Source of the DNA: Leucoraja ocellata
Taxonomy: Eukaryota
Length of the DNA stretch: 64,000 nt
NCBI GenBank assembly: GCA_036785375.1
Contig: JAWMAR010000214.1
Coordinates: forward strand, 1,860,001 to 1,924,000
Direction of reading: 5' to 3'
The translations under genes were made by a program, and so were the position numbers. Below, piece after piece: positions 25,744 to 38,471 of this stretch (within the stretch, counting starts at the first letter, position 1; every line of letters begins with the position of its first letter). Below the pieces are notes generated by a model. That model searched no databases, was not told where the DNA came from, and was given only the letters and a program-made list of their open reading frames with translations.

Positions 25744-26227
25744 GTAAGTATTTTCAAGAATATGAAATGCTACTAAGGAATGCATAAAGCAAACCTTGAA
25801 CTGTTCAGATGAAATTACAAATGTTGCCGTCTACAGCAATATATTTTGGAACGGGCATTTTACTAAAGGGCATTATCTGCATAACAGGATTTTTCTTGAA
25901 TTCCGATGACATCGGCTTGTCATAGGACTGGTTTTAATTTAATTTATTTCACTTCCTCAAAAAAATGATTGCGATCTTTTCAGTAATTGTGTATTTTTTC
26001 AATTTATAGTAGCATGAATTAATGCACTTTTCAGCAGCTGAAGAGGAGCAAATTCTAAACATGCTCATAATTCTCCACAGTACCACAAATACTGTAAATA
26101 AAAAGTTATTCTGAGAATACAGAGCAGGTCAGGTCGTATCTGTTCTGAAAGAAACACTTAATGTTCAGGTCAATGACCTAGCATCAAAACTGCCAATAAT
26201 TATTTTCTTTTACCAAAAAAAAGACTG

Positions 26228-28158
26228 TGTAGCGGGTGCGTGAGAGAGCCTGGAATGAAGGCGAGGAGCCAGGCAAATTCTGTAGAGGCTTTAATGAGCA
26301 CAGCACACTACTCTCTGCTTCAGTGAGAGACTGAAGACTGGTCTCGCACCAAAAATCCCTGCTCTTATCTTGTCGCTGGGAGCCGTCCCCGAAGTGCCGA
26401 GGGGGATGAACCAGGGAGTGGCCTACTCCCCAGGAAATGCCACAGGACTCCCCCACGAACCGGAGGCATGAAATGGACGGGGACGTATGGGACGACCAGC
26501 CCGTGCGCGCACAACGGCGGGTGCAGGAACCGGAGTGCCAGGCGAAGGTAGCGGCGCGGGCGCTTGGGGAAAGGGCCGGAACGGCCTTGAATGGTCCTTC
26601 ATACGGCCGCTGAAGGGGCGTCCAGTGCGCGTCCCGACGGAGGAAAACAAACGGGCAGTCCTGGAGAACGGAAGGATCGTGCAGCCTGAACGAACCGTGG
26701 CGAGACGTCGGCGCCGGTTCCAACTTGACCACCTTCTCCCGAAGCCGTTGCAGGGCGGCCGATGGCTGCTCCGCCTGGCCCTGTGCTGATGGGATAAACT
26801 CACCAGGCACTGTCAGCGGGGTCCCATACACCAACTCAGCTGAGGAGGTGGCCAAGTCCTCTTTGTGCGTGGTGCGGATACCCAGCAAAACCCACGGCAA
26901 TGCGTCGACCCAGTCCGGGTCCTTGAGCCGAGCCTTCAGGGCAGCCTTGAGCCGGCTGTGGAAATGCTCCACCAGGCCGTTCGCCTGCGGATGATACACC
27001 ATGGTGCGGTGCAGGTTAACCCCGAGAAGGCGAGCCATGGCCGACCACAGTTCAAATGTGAACTGAGGCCCCCGGTCGTACGTAATGTCCAGCGGCACTC
27101 CAAATCGGGCAATCCAGTGTGCCGCCAAAGCACGGGTACACGTGGCTGAGAGGAGTCTGCAAATGGAACCACTTCCGGCCACCGCGTGAAACGGTCGACC
27201 ACGGTTAGGACGCAGGTGATGCACCAAGAAGACGGTAGCGGCCCCACGATGTCCATGTAGATATGATCAAACCGCTGGAGAGGGACGCGGAACTCCTGGA
27301 GCGGTGCCCGCACATGCCGCTGTACCTTGGCAGTTTGGCATGAGATGCAGGTGCGCGCCCAATGCCGAACCTATTTGCGCAACCCGTGCCGCATGAAATG
27401 GGAAGCCATGAGGGCCATCGTCGCCCAAACTGAAGGGTGGGCCAGCCCGTGGAGCACCTCGAACACTGCGATGCCAGGCGACAGGGACGATGGGCCGCGG
27501 CTGACCAGTCGAGATGTCGCACAGCAGCCATGCACCCCCAGGGCCACATGGAACGTCCTTCAATCGCAGACCCGAAACTGCGGTACGATAGGTGGACATC
27601 TCATCATCCGTCAGCTGGGCAGCCAGCAGTCAATGCCATCGGCCACCTGTAAATTGGTGTTGACCGTGGGACGAGACAAGACGTCGGCTACTCTGTTGTC
27701 TTTTCGCTCTATGAAAATAATGGAGGTCGTGTATTGAGAGACAAAAGCCAACTGCCGCTGCTGGCGAGCAGACCACGGGTCAGAAACCTTGGCGAACGCA
27801 AAGGTGAGTGGCTTGTGGTCCATGTAAGCAGCAAATGTCCGCCCCACCAAAAAGGAACGGAAGTGGCGCACGCTGAGGCAAAGGGCGAGGAACTCGCGGT
27901 CAAAGGCAGAAGGCTGCGTGTTCTGATCACATCGGGGTCACCAGTGTAGTGGGTGCGTGAGAGGGTCCGGAATGAAGATGAGGAGCCAGGCAAATTCTGT
28001 AGAGGTTTTAATGAGCACAGAACACTACTCTTCGCTTCAGTGAGTGACTGAAGACTGGTCTCGCGCCAAAAATCTCTGCTCTTGTAGCTGGGAGCCGGAC
28101 CTGACCATGAAGTAGGGGGAGGAACCAGGGAGTGGCCTACTCCCAAGGAACCGCCACA
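26228..28158 (-). mobile_element. internally deleted Gypsy LTR retrotransposon (RNase H and integrase only)
   Basis: TG..CA LTRs at 26228-26444 and 27945-28158; 4-bp TSD ACTG; tRNA-Trp PBS; PPT gtgggggagtcc; RNase H (FDREFLA, DHKPL, ADVLSR) and integrase (DIVGPLP, DRGPQF, YHPQANGLVE, RPYEGPF) motifs. Confidence 0.95.
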
Positions 28159-29225
28159 ACTGCACTATTTGAAGATGCTTTTTAATCTTGGTTTCCTACC
28201 ATTTTCAATTGCACAGTGAAATATTCAGTGTAATTTTACTGCATGAATAGACAAGAGTTTTTCAGAAATGAACTTGGGAAACAATAGATCTCCTTCGTCT
28301 TCATTATTTGCGGCATAGCAGCTGGTAAATCCAATAGAACACCATGATGGAGCTCAGAGTAACACGCTTTTTAGGACAGTTACTTTTGAGCTTGATCAAA
28401 TCCTCAATGATCAGGATGCTGAATTGGAAGAAGATGCTGACATTGATTCATCTATCTTTCTAGTGGATTTGGAGGATTTTCAAGGAGTCTTTACCTTATG
28501 GTGACTTTCAAGATATGCCAAATGATTTAAATCTTCCAGATTGTTGCAATGGATTTTGATTGGTGATGTCATTGAAAGGTTGAGAGAGGACTTTTATCTT
28601 TCAGGTGTTTGGTGTTCGACCAGTTCTATCCTATGAAGAAATCAACAATGACTCGATGCTTGGCCAAATCCCTCACTGGTGTGGGAATCCTTGGTCTGAC
28701 AACTCAAAATAGAGTGACATTGGAAAAGGCATTGAGTGCTTTGAGTCTCTCTGATAGGAGCATATGGAACCAAGTGTAGAAGGAACATACAACCTAGACA
28801 ACCTATCCACTTTCTCTCTGAAGCACCACCACCTGCGGTAGAATCGTCAGCATTTCATAGTTCAGTCACCTCAACGCCCACCGAACTGGAGTGGAAGCAC
28901 ACCATCTTTAACCACAAGGACCTGCTCAAAAGGAAGAGGATGAGAATCTCACTATTTAATTTGAGTGTGTGGGGTTGGGCGTTGGGAGATCCAGCATTCC
29001 AAATCTATAGACAAAGACTAGGCAAAGTTTATCAAAAGTAAGAAAGTATTTTGGGAGAAAGTATTCCTGAAGCATTATTCCCAGAGCACAGGAATAGTGA
29101 TTGAATAATTACATTTTGCAACACAGGAGATACTACCTTCATGAAGCCTTTGCCAGCTCCCCAAAAGCATGACCTAATTCTCTCATTTTCTGTCAATGAG
29201 TTAAAAGTAATGGAAAGTCACTAGT

Positions 29226-29770
29226 GTCATAAGAAATAGGAGTAGAATTAGGCCATTCAGCCTATCAAGTCTACTCCCCCATTCAATCATGGCTGATCTA
29301 CATCTCCTAAACCCATTCTCCTTCCTCCTCCCCTTAACCACCGACACCTGTACTAATCAAGAATCCATCTCTGCCTTTAAAATATCCACTAACGGCCTCC
29401 ACAGCCTTCTGTGACAAAGAATTCCACAAATTTACTACCCTCTAAATATCTCATCTCCTTCCTTAAAGAACATCCTTTAATTCTGAGGTTATGACCTCTA
29501 GTCCTAGACTCTCCCACCAGTGGAAACATCCTCTCCACATCCACTCTATTCATGCCTTTCACTATTCTGTATGTTTCAATGAGGCCACCTCATTCTTCTA
29601 AACTCCAGCGAGTACAGGCCCAGTGACGACAAACTCATCATAGGTTAACCTACTAATTGTTGGGATCATTCGTGTAAACTTCCTCTGAACCCTCTCCAGA
29701 GCCAGCACAACCTTCCTCTGATATGGTGCCAAAAATTGCTCACAATATTCTAAATGCAGCCTTACCAGCT
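29226..29770 (-). mobile_element. CR1/HER1 3' fragment
   Basis: cataagaaataggagtagaattaggccattc tail on the + strand followed by antisense CR1 RT sequence. Confidence 0.85.
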
Positions 29771-30296
29771 GGAGGAAAAAAAGCTCAAATTTGGCACATA
29801 CGTGTAAAGGTTAAACATTGAATAGATTTCTGGATGTGCTCACAGTGACAATAAACATTTAAACAATTGGCAACATAGCCACATCTATCTTTATTTAATT
29901 TGCAATTTGTGATCTTTATCAAATTGACAAATTAGTGTATATAATTTGAAATGTCATCAACATTTTAAGCATAAAGTGGCAATATGATATTCCATAATTA
30001 ATCTCAATTTCCTCTTGAGGTTGTACATTAGAGTGCAATGTGGACAGTTGGGATTGGAAAAATTACTATTTATTAAAAATACTGAAACACTTTTGTTCAA
30101 AATCATCCTTTGACTTGTAATGTGGAACAGATGAGGTAGAGTATATGTGAAAAGATTATCCATAATCTATTTTGCTGTGTGCTCGATTATGCTGTACTAC
30201 GAACTTAAATTATCCCACTCAATACTCTTTAATAACGTACTTTAAAAGTAATGATCAACTATATTTTTTCCTAATGCATTTATTTTTCTTTGTTAG

Positions 30297-30397
30297 ATTC
30301 CCCAGAAAACCTTGATGACAACATTAAGAAAATAGCACACGAAGTGTTGGACAAGAGAGAATATATTTGCTCACATCCACTTGACCGAACGTTTTAG
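30297..30397 (+). CDS. acad9: ACAD9 last coding exon with stop codon
   Basis: tgttag|AT TCC...TTT TAG; (N)[32 protein letters not shown] matches the ACAD9 C-terminus YICAHPLDRT. Confidence 0.97.
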
Positions 30398-30431
30398 GAA
30401 ATAGCTATGGTTTTAGTTTTTAAAACTTGTA

Positions 30432-30463
30432 AATAAATCTGGGCATTATCAATTGGCAATAAA
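30432..30463 (+). promoter_or_regulatory. candidate polyadenylation signals of acad9
   Basis: AATAAA at 30432-30437 and 30458-30463, shortly after the stop codon. Usage is unproven. Confidence 0.45.
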
Positions 30464-31121
30464 AGAAAACTGCTCGATTCCTGATAAAAAGATGATTTAC
30501 TAAATAATTAATAACATGTATTTGTTCATGCAGTTGAATTGATTATATAGTATCATTCAGTAGTTTGTTCAATGACAGATTAAACAATGTATTTATGATG
30601 GGAATAACTGAGTGTTTTAGCCAGTTAACATAGACCACATCAGTTTGAACATCAAAAGTACAAGTATTACCAAACAATGAATCAGTTAACTGGGTATCTG
30701 TTGGCATTTTTTTTTTAAAGTGATAGCTCTTCGACATTTCCTCATTTAGTCAATTAAGCTTTCGGATGTGGAGAATGCTCAGTGCAGTTTTGCAAAGGAA
30801 AAAAAATACAAAACGGCTTTAATTTGTGATTGAAACTAACTTATGACATTGTTAACATTTCAGATTTCAGAAGGATTGAAGACTTGAGAATGGAGGGTTA
30901 GCTATTTGCAGAATTACACCATGAAGCCTTAATGTAGCATTGGTTGGTAGGTACATTTGTGTTGGCTCTGAATCTGCAACTATTATTAGTTTGCACAGAG
31001 TTCTGGCAAGTGAACAATTGGAGTCTGATTTCTAGTATATAATGATTTCTCCATTAAGTGCTGAGTACCCACCAGAGTTTGTTCAGTCCCAGTTCGAAAC
31101 AGAGATGTTCTGTTGAAGTAA

Positions 31122-33253
31122 TGGGCCTGTCCCACTTAGCGATTTTTTTTAATTTATTTTTTTTAGGCGACTGTCATAGTCTTGTCAGATCGACTGTACC
31201 CCATCCTACGACTATGTCTAAGACAAGCTACGACAACCTAAGACCTAGTCGAAGTCACGCTACAGTAAGCTCCCGACAACCGACGACCCAATAGTGGTGA
31301 CTTAGGACGTCCTCCTTCGACACACCTACACCTACGACAACTGATGTCAAGCTACGACCCTGTAGGCGTCACAATGACCACATTGACATCATCCTATTTT
31401 ATTATTAAAGGGTTTGCAGGATGGGGTTTCCAATCATTCTGAGTCATGACTGCCATGAAGAAACTTCAGAGGTCATTGCTCTCAGTAGAAGAATCCCTGC
31501 TGCTTGCAGCAGCCCTAATGCTTATAGATCCGCAAGACAGAAGGACAAGAAGAATGGTGAAGAAGAAGCCCAACAAGAGGTCTGTGTGGTTGAAGCCCTT
31601 GTTCCACAGAAGACCCAGGTTGGGCCAGTATGAGAACCTGATGACTGCTTTAGCAAGAAGATCAAGCTGCCTTCAGAAACTTCACTAGAATCCCCTCCAA
31701 GCTGTTTCAGGAACTGAAGACACTGGTGGGCCCTCTCCTGGAGAAAAAGGAGACCTTCATGAGGAAGCCACTGGAACCAGGCCTGTGCCTAGCCATCACC
31801 CTCTGCTACCTGGCATCAGGAGACTCCTACAAGAGCCTCTCCTACAACTTTCTTGTGGCCAACAACACCATTAGCAAAATTGTCTGAGACACCTGTGAGG
31901 CCATCATCAATGCTTATGAAGATGAAGTCATGGACTGCCCTAGCACACCAGATGTGTGGAAGAGAGTGGTGCAGGGGTTTGATACAAGATGGACCTTCTA
32001 GCACAAGTGGGGCAGTTGACGGCAAGCATGTGGCTATCAGGTGTCCACCCAAGGGAGGTTCAATCTACTTCAACTACAAGAAGTTCCATTCCATCGTACT
32101 CCTAGCTGTGGTGGATGCAAACTATAATTTCCTGTTTGGGCACACCTGACAGTGTCGCAGATGGTAGGATCTCCATTGGGCAAGCACTGGAATCAGCAGG
32201 CTTTCCTGATCCATAACCTCTGTCAGGAGAAGATATCCCTGACATCCACCACACACTGGTTGCTGATGATGCCTTCCCACTCAGGTCATGGATGATGAAG
32301 CCATACCCTCACAGGCAGATGTCAAGGGAGCAGAGGACCTTCTGCTCCCTTGACATCTGCCAGGGCTAGGGTGGGTCATGGAAAATGCCTTTGGCATCCT
32401 CGCCAGCAGATTCAGATGCTTGCTGACTATGATGGAGCAGGAGCCCAAGAATGTGGAGACCATTGTGTACGCAGCATGTGTCTTCCACAACCTGATCTGT
32501 ACCAGAAGTGGAGCAGCAGCAGCAGCCATGCAGGAGGGTGACCGACTGGACAACCAGACAGGCAACATCACAGGCTCATAAAGGACAGGCTGCATCTATG
32601 GTGCCACTGAAGAGATTGCCAGGAAACACCAGCAAAAAGAGAGCCAAGGAGCAGAGAGACCATCTGCACTTACTACAACTCCGAACGAGGCAGTCTAGCA
32701 TGGCAGAACGACTTCATCTGAAGACCAGCAGCAAACATCCCACATCACAAACAAGTCCACCACTCCAGGAAGAAAGCCCACTACAGACCACAAGATAAGG
32801 CCCTTTTCAGGATCACCCACATCCTCCCAAAAGAGTTTAATTTTAAATGCAGTGCAGTGTTTGTGTTTTATTCATCACAATATATAAAAATAATTTGCTT
32901 TTCAATGCAGTGCAATACGTGGAGATGTGTACTTACGTTTTTTCAATGCGCCAATCAAATGCACCAATGACAATCTACGTCACCTGGCGACAGCCTACAT
33001 CATCCTGACGACCCACTACCACTGCACCAACGTCACGAGAATTCAAGCTACGCTCCATGGTGTCAAAACCACTGTCGCCGCTGTTGAAAAATTAGCGGCG
33101 ACCAGAATGCCGTTACGACTTGTTGCAAGTCTGAGGAAACTACTCACGACCATGCAGGCGACACCCCGGCAACTACCCGCTAACATGTGACCGTGTGGTG
33201 ACCGCATAGTCTGGTGTAGTCACCTAAAAAGCCGCCTAAGTGAGACAGGCCCA
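31122..33253 (+). mobile_element. PIF/Harbinger transposon with degenerate DDE transposase
   Basis: TIRs tgggcctgtc(c/t)cacttag; TAA TSD; [40 protein letters not shown] and ENAFGILASRFR motifs; multiple frameshifts. Confidence 0.93.
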
Positions 33254-34033
33254 TAAGTGTGGTGGAATACTTGGTCAGAACCTCTTCCAGTTAAGAGTGC
33301 AGTGTAGCTGTTGGTTGAGTTTAAGTAATAATGTGCAATTAAATAAATTGGATTAGTTCACATATTAAGTGGTTCACCGTGGCTGAATCAATAATTCATA
33401 TGATATCAAATCAATTGTGCCAAAGCACCAGTAATTTAGATAAAGAAAATGATTAAGACAATCATGACTAAGGTCAGCAAACTACTTATGCTCCATGTCG
33501 TCCTGAAGAAGTATGTTAGTAACATTTTCCATTTATGCTTAACACTGATGAATCTACTGTAATTATTTTGGATGCCCTTCCAATCTCCAACAGACTTGGA
33601 AAAAATATGCATTAGTAGCCATCTGCCTTCAAATTTCAAAATAAGATTAAGGGTACAAAATTCCTGATTTAAAAAAAAAGGGTTATAAAAAAAGACAGAC
33701 AGCAATAAGCGAGTTCGGTATTCCGACTATGCATGCCCAGGTCATAGGTCACTAGCTATAAAACAGTCTTGGCAACGGTGGTGCTGCATCGTGTGCAGGC
33801 TTATGTTTCATCCGTAGTCGGGGGTCATCTCTCCGTCGCTGCTGGCTCTCCGTCGCTGTGGGTGCTGTTGGGTAATCCCCTTCCCCTCCCCGGTGTCCCG
33901 CCCCTGTCCGGAGGTGTCTGGGGTGGCCCTGGTCTGGCGGGGTGGCCCCAGACATGCAGCCGCTGGCTCCAGCTCGGCTCAGCCTATGGCCGGCAACCTT
34001 CCAACCCTCCACCTCCATCCCCCTCCCCTCCCC

Positions 34034-34600
34034 TCAGTCCGACACTGAGATCCTACTGAAGATGGGCAGCCGCCGGGTTACGGGTACTGTTGGTGATGGC
34101 AGCAGCAGCAACCTCATCCCCATCCCTTGCCCAGACCCAAGCCCAGAGTCTGGGCCAGCTCTAACTCCAGGTTGGGGCTGAAGGCCGTCTGCAGAAGTCG
34201 GCACAGTCTAGCTCCGGGCCAGAGGAGGCTGAGCCCAGGCTGGCGCAGGCAAGGCCGGGGGGGCCCTCGCTCCTTGGGGTTGTGGATGCAGTGGCAGCGG
34301 GTACCGTAGGGGCAGAAGCCGGTGGTGTGCAAGGTACGGCTTGTACTTGGGTAGTAGCTGAGGCCGTGGGCGAACTGGCACTTGTCGCAGTAGCAGCCCA
34401 TCGGGAAACAGGTTCTTCTGGAGTTGGGGCGGGGTTGGCGCTGGCTGTGGGTCTGGAACTGCTGGTGTTGTCGGCCTGCCGGGAGAGGCGGAGGTGAGCT
34501 GGGGTTTACACTTCTTTGTGCCGGGCCTCAGGGACGGCATCCCGTCAGTCCGGACACCCCCGGGCGGGGATGGGACACTCGAGTGGGGTGGCGCGGTTCG
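34034..34600 (-). pseudogene. decayed ZFP36/tristetraprolin-family (tandem CCCH zinc finger) pseudogene
   Basis: Minus strand: [33 protein letters not shown], and C-terminal RRLPIFSRISVSD* (stop at 34034-34036); many frameshifting deletions. 5' limit is uncertain. Confidence 0.88.
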
Positions 34601-34944
34601 GCAGCGCTTGTGGGTCGCCACTTGTAGTTCGCCCGTTTCCTTCCCCCCGTCTCCCACTGAAAAAAGACAAAAAATCTGTCCCAAACTGGATTATACTGTA
34701 TTTTTTGTTAGGAATTGGCATCTCAGGAATGGAAAGCAGTGTAACGGCTAAGTACAAGTTAATACAATATGCAACATAAATAAGCAAGGAAAGATGGAGG
34801 ATGAAATAAATCATTTTTGAATTGTAGAATTGAATTGTGGTATACCATACCAGCTCTGGGCTTGAGACAAAAATGTTGGTCTCCATGCCTTAAAAAGGTA
34901 GGCCTGAGATGGACCATGGCACGAAAGAAACAGACACTTAACTT

Positions 34945-36323
34945 CTCAGGCCGTTCTGCCCCGATTACTCAGTTTGGCTGGGCGGCCAGCTGTATGAAGG
35001 GTCCTTAATGACGGAGGCCACTGTGCACCATTCCCCAGATTTGTGTCTCGACACAATCCTGTCTCGGATGTCTGCAGACAATTCCTTCGTCTTCATGGCT
35101 TGGTTTTTGCTCTGACATGCACTGTCAACTGTGGGACCTTGTATAGACAGGTGTGTGCCTGTCCAAATCATGTCCAATCAATTGAATTTACCACTGGTGG
35201 ACTCCAATCAAGTTGTAGAAATATCTCAAGGATAATCAATGGAAACAGGATGAACCTAAGCTCGATTTTGAGTGTCGTAGCAAAGGGTCTAAATACTTAT
35301 GTAAATCTGATATTTCTGTTGTTTCTTTTTAATTACCGTATTTCCTGGCAATTTAGATGCACCCCCAGTATAAGTTGCTAAATGTTGAGTAAAGGATGGC
35401 GGGACAGGATCAAGGGTTTGGTTTAGTTCAAGGGTAGGCAACATCGTCTGTGTGCCCGGGGACTGGCTGCAGTTCCCAGATCCCTCGCATCCCCGTGACT
35501 AGCTGCAGTTCCCAGGTCGCCTGCGAGCCCCGGGACTGGCTGCAGGGCCCATGTCGCCTGCCCTGGGGACTAGTAGAGAGAGAGCAAGCCCAGGACAGAG
35601 CAGCCAGCCTTCCGCCCAGTAGCTACCCGCCAACCACCACCTCCACCAGTTGTGTCTGTGCCGAAGGACACCATGGCCGGCTGGCGGGCAAACTGGCAGA
35701 AGGCGCTGAGGTGGCGGCCGGTTCCGCTGTCCAGTCCCGGCGGCCGCTCGCAGCCACCCAAGGTACTTCCCTCCCCAGCCACAAAACGGTGGCTCCGCGC
35801 CCTGAGCACCACGGCAGCGGTGAGTGAGTGAGTTGCTGGCATGATCCCTGACCCCCCCTCAACGCTCCTGCCCGTGCTGACCCAGGCCAGACTCCCCACA
35901 CACTGTGAAAGGAACTCTTCTCCCCCCCCCCCCCCCCCGCAGCGGCGCTGTCCTTCTCCAGCCGCTTCCCATCAGCTGCCGGCAATGAGGGATAGCCTTG
36001 GCTATCCCTCAGTACAGTAACATCGTTGTTGATGTTGCTGTACTGAGGGATAGCCAAGACTATCTTTCTTGGCTAACAACCTGACCTTTGGCCTCCAAGA
36101 CGCAGGTAAATTTTCATGCCATATTTTTGGGTAAAAAATTGTGTCTTCATTGCTGGGAAATACGGTACTTTGCAAAAAATTCTAAACACCTGTTTTTGCT
36201 GCTTCATTCTGGGCTATTATGTTTAGATTGATAATTAAAAGAATGAATCCATTTTAAAATAAGGCTGTAACATAACAAAATGTGGAAAAAGTGAAGGGGT
36301 CTGAATACTTTCTGAATGCACTG
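34945..36323 (-). mobile_element. truncated Tc1 (same family as 19275-21900), 5' part only
   Basis: TIR ends ...tctgaatgcactg|ta at 36323; MKTKELSADIRDRIVSRHKSGE is the transposase N-terminus. Confidence 0.88.
35336..36165. mobile_element. Tc2/pogo-like MITE nested in the Tc1 TIR
   Basis: TIR ccgtatttcc(t/c)(g/a)gcaat; TA TSD; GC-rich interior. Confidence 0.85.
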
Positions 36324-36794
36324 TATGGTATGTCAGATTTAAGGCATTGAAAACATTGAGAATAATGGAAAATAATAAGCTCTGAGAGGTATACTCAAAA
36401 TAAAAAGGATTTACATAAAACAAAACTGACGTGGGTACCTAACTGGCACAGTTTTAGATTTGTCGAAGCTATCTACATCTGTATGTTCAAAATTTGAAAT
36501 AAAATCTCAGGTACATCAAAAAGATTTGAATATTTGTTAACGTGAATACATTGAGGGACAGTACTTTATAGTCTCAAACAATGTGCCGCTTGTCACAAAA
36601 TGAGTAAATATGGGACGAAGTCTTGCATTAATGTTGGAAACACAAAATGTGCAAGGGTGTTGGGGGATTATCATTCATCAAGAAATATAATTACATTCTG
36701 TATATACATCCAGAGCTCTAATTTATCATATCATGAAAAAAGTACCTTCAACATGAGTCTAACATTAAACTAATCATAATACTATGATGTTGAT

Positions 36795-37670
36795 GTTCCT
36801 ATCCATGTACCTGTCCAAATGAATTTGAAATGTGTTCATTGTTTCTGCCTCAACTACTTCCTCTGACAGCTCGAACCATTGACCCACTGCTCTGTTTATG
36901 AACAAATTGCCCCTCAGATTCCTATTCAGGGGATATGGGGAGAAGGCAGGAACGGGGTACTGATTTGGGATGATCAGCCATGATCACATTGAATGGCGGT
37001 GCTGGCTCGAAGGGCCGAATGGCCTACTCCTGCACCTCTGGTCTATTGTCTAATGTCTAAATATTTCCCCTATCACCTTAAGCAGGTGTCCTTTGGTTTT
37101 TGATTTACGAAAAGAGGGTAAAATACTCTGTGTATCTACCCTATCCATTCCCCTCTTGATCTTATGCACCAACAAGATAATCTTTTCAAGAAATACAATC
37201 CCAACCTGCAATAGCTCACGTCCTCAGATTTTAGCAACATCCTTGTATATCTTCTCTGCACACTTCCCAGCGTAACAGCATATTTCCTATAGCAAGATGA
37301 TCAAAACAGAACTACTCACTACTCCCAACTGGGGCCTCAACAGTGCCTTGTACAAATATAAGATAACATCCCAACTTCTATACTCAAATCCCTGACTGAT
37401 GAAGACCAATGTGACATAAGCCTTTTTGACCAATGTGGCACCACACAAGATACTATGTACCTGCACTCATAGATCCCTCTACTCCCCCAACCGTCCTCTG
37501 AGCCCTGTCATTTACTATGAAGGTCCTGCCCTGCTTAGACTTCCCAAAATGCAACATATATTTATCTGCATCAAACTCCATTAACCATAGCTCTGTCCAC
37601 TTGCCCAACTGATCAAGATTTGGCTGTAACCTTTGGTAACCATCTTTGTCATCAACAATACCATGTCATT
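36795..37670 (-). mobile_element. CR1 fragment containing a short + strand CR1 3' tail (about 36929-37055)
   Basis: Similar to 2010-3510; the nested tail matches 45478-45590. Confidence 0.8.
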
Positions 37671-38471
37671 GAGCAAAGCCTATTATTCAAGCCCCACATT
37701 TATAATATTAAAGATGAAAGTTGGATTTTTAATATCTTTATCACAAAACCATCATCTATGGCAATGCCTACCTAAAATCTGTGAGTATTAATTGGAAAAT
37801 GCAGTAGCAGATCTTTTGGGAAATACATGCATTTGTGCACCAGTTGCCAGCATTCTTTCCACACTCTCCCGTCACTCCAACAACTGCCAGGCAGCTCACT
37901 GTACAAATGACAAGTTATAAACTTACTGGTGGTAGGTATGCTCTGACATTGAGTTCTATTTTTTTTTAAGATTGTTATGTCTATTAATATAATAAGTGTA
38001 AAGTGCATGAAATAATTTATTATGTAAACATTGTTTTCCAGTTTTTAGTTATCAAAAATAATTTTGAATACTTTTAAAAATAATATAATTATTTATCTTA
38101 ATTATGTAGATCTCTAAACTTGTGAAACATGAGCTATTTGGTGCATTTCAGTTGAGAGTGTTTGTAAGAGTTCACTATTAGTTCACTTTACGGTCTTGTT
38201 TTTAGTACAGAACCAGGTAAGGGATCATCAAGATCAGTGAAATTAAATGGGAAATCCTTTTTAAAACGGTCAACATTTTAGACGGCCAACATTTTAGGTA
38301 TTGAGGGAAGAATTTTCTCCAGGAAAGTGCCATCTATTGGTTACAACCTGTATAACAGATTGATTTTGAGATGGCCAAACTCCACCACGACTTTTATAAA
38401 TTTAAATCGAGACATGAGAATTCATAATTAAAAGTTTGATTGTAATGAAAAAGTGTAACGAGGACCAGTAA

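Noticed and set aside
27907-27943. tRNA-Trp gene
   Set aside because: Only the 3' half is present, it includes the post-transcriptional CCA and it abuts an LTR. It is a primer-binding-site copy.
35450-36057. GC-rich ORFs or CpG-island promoter
   Set aside because: Lies wholly inside a MITE bounded by TIRs and a TA TSD.
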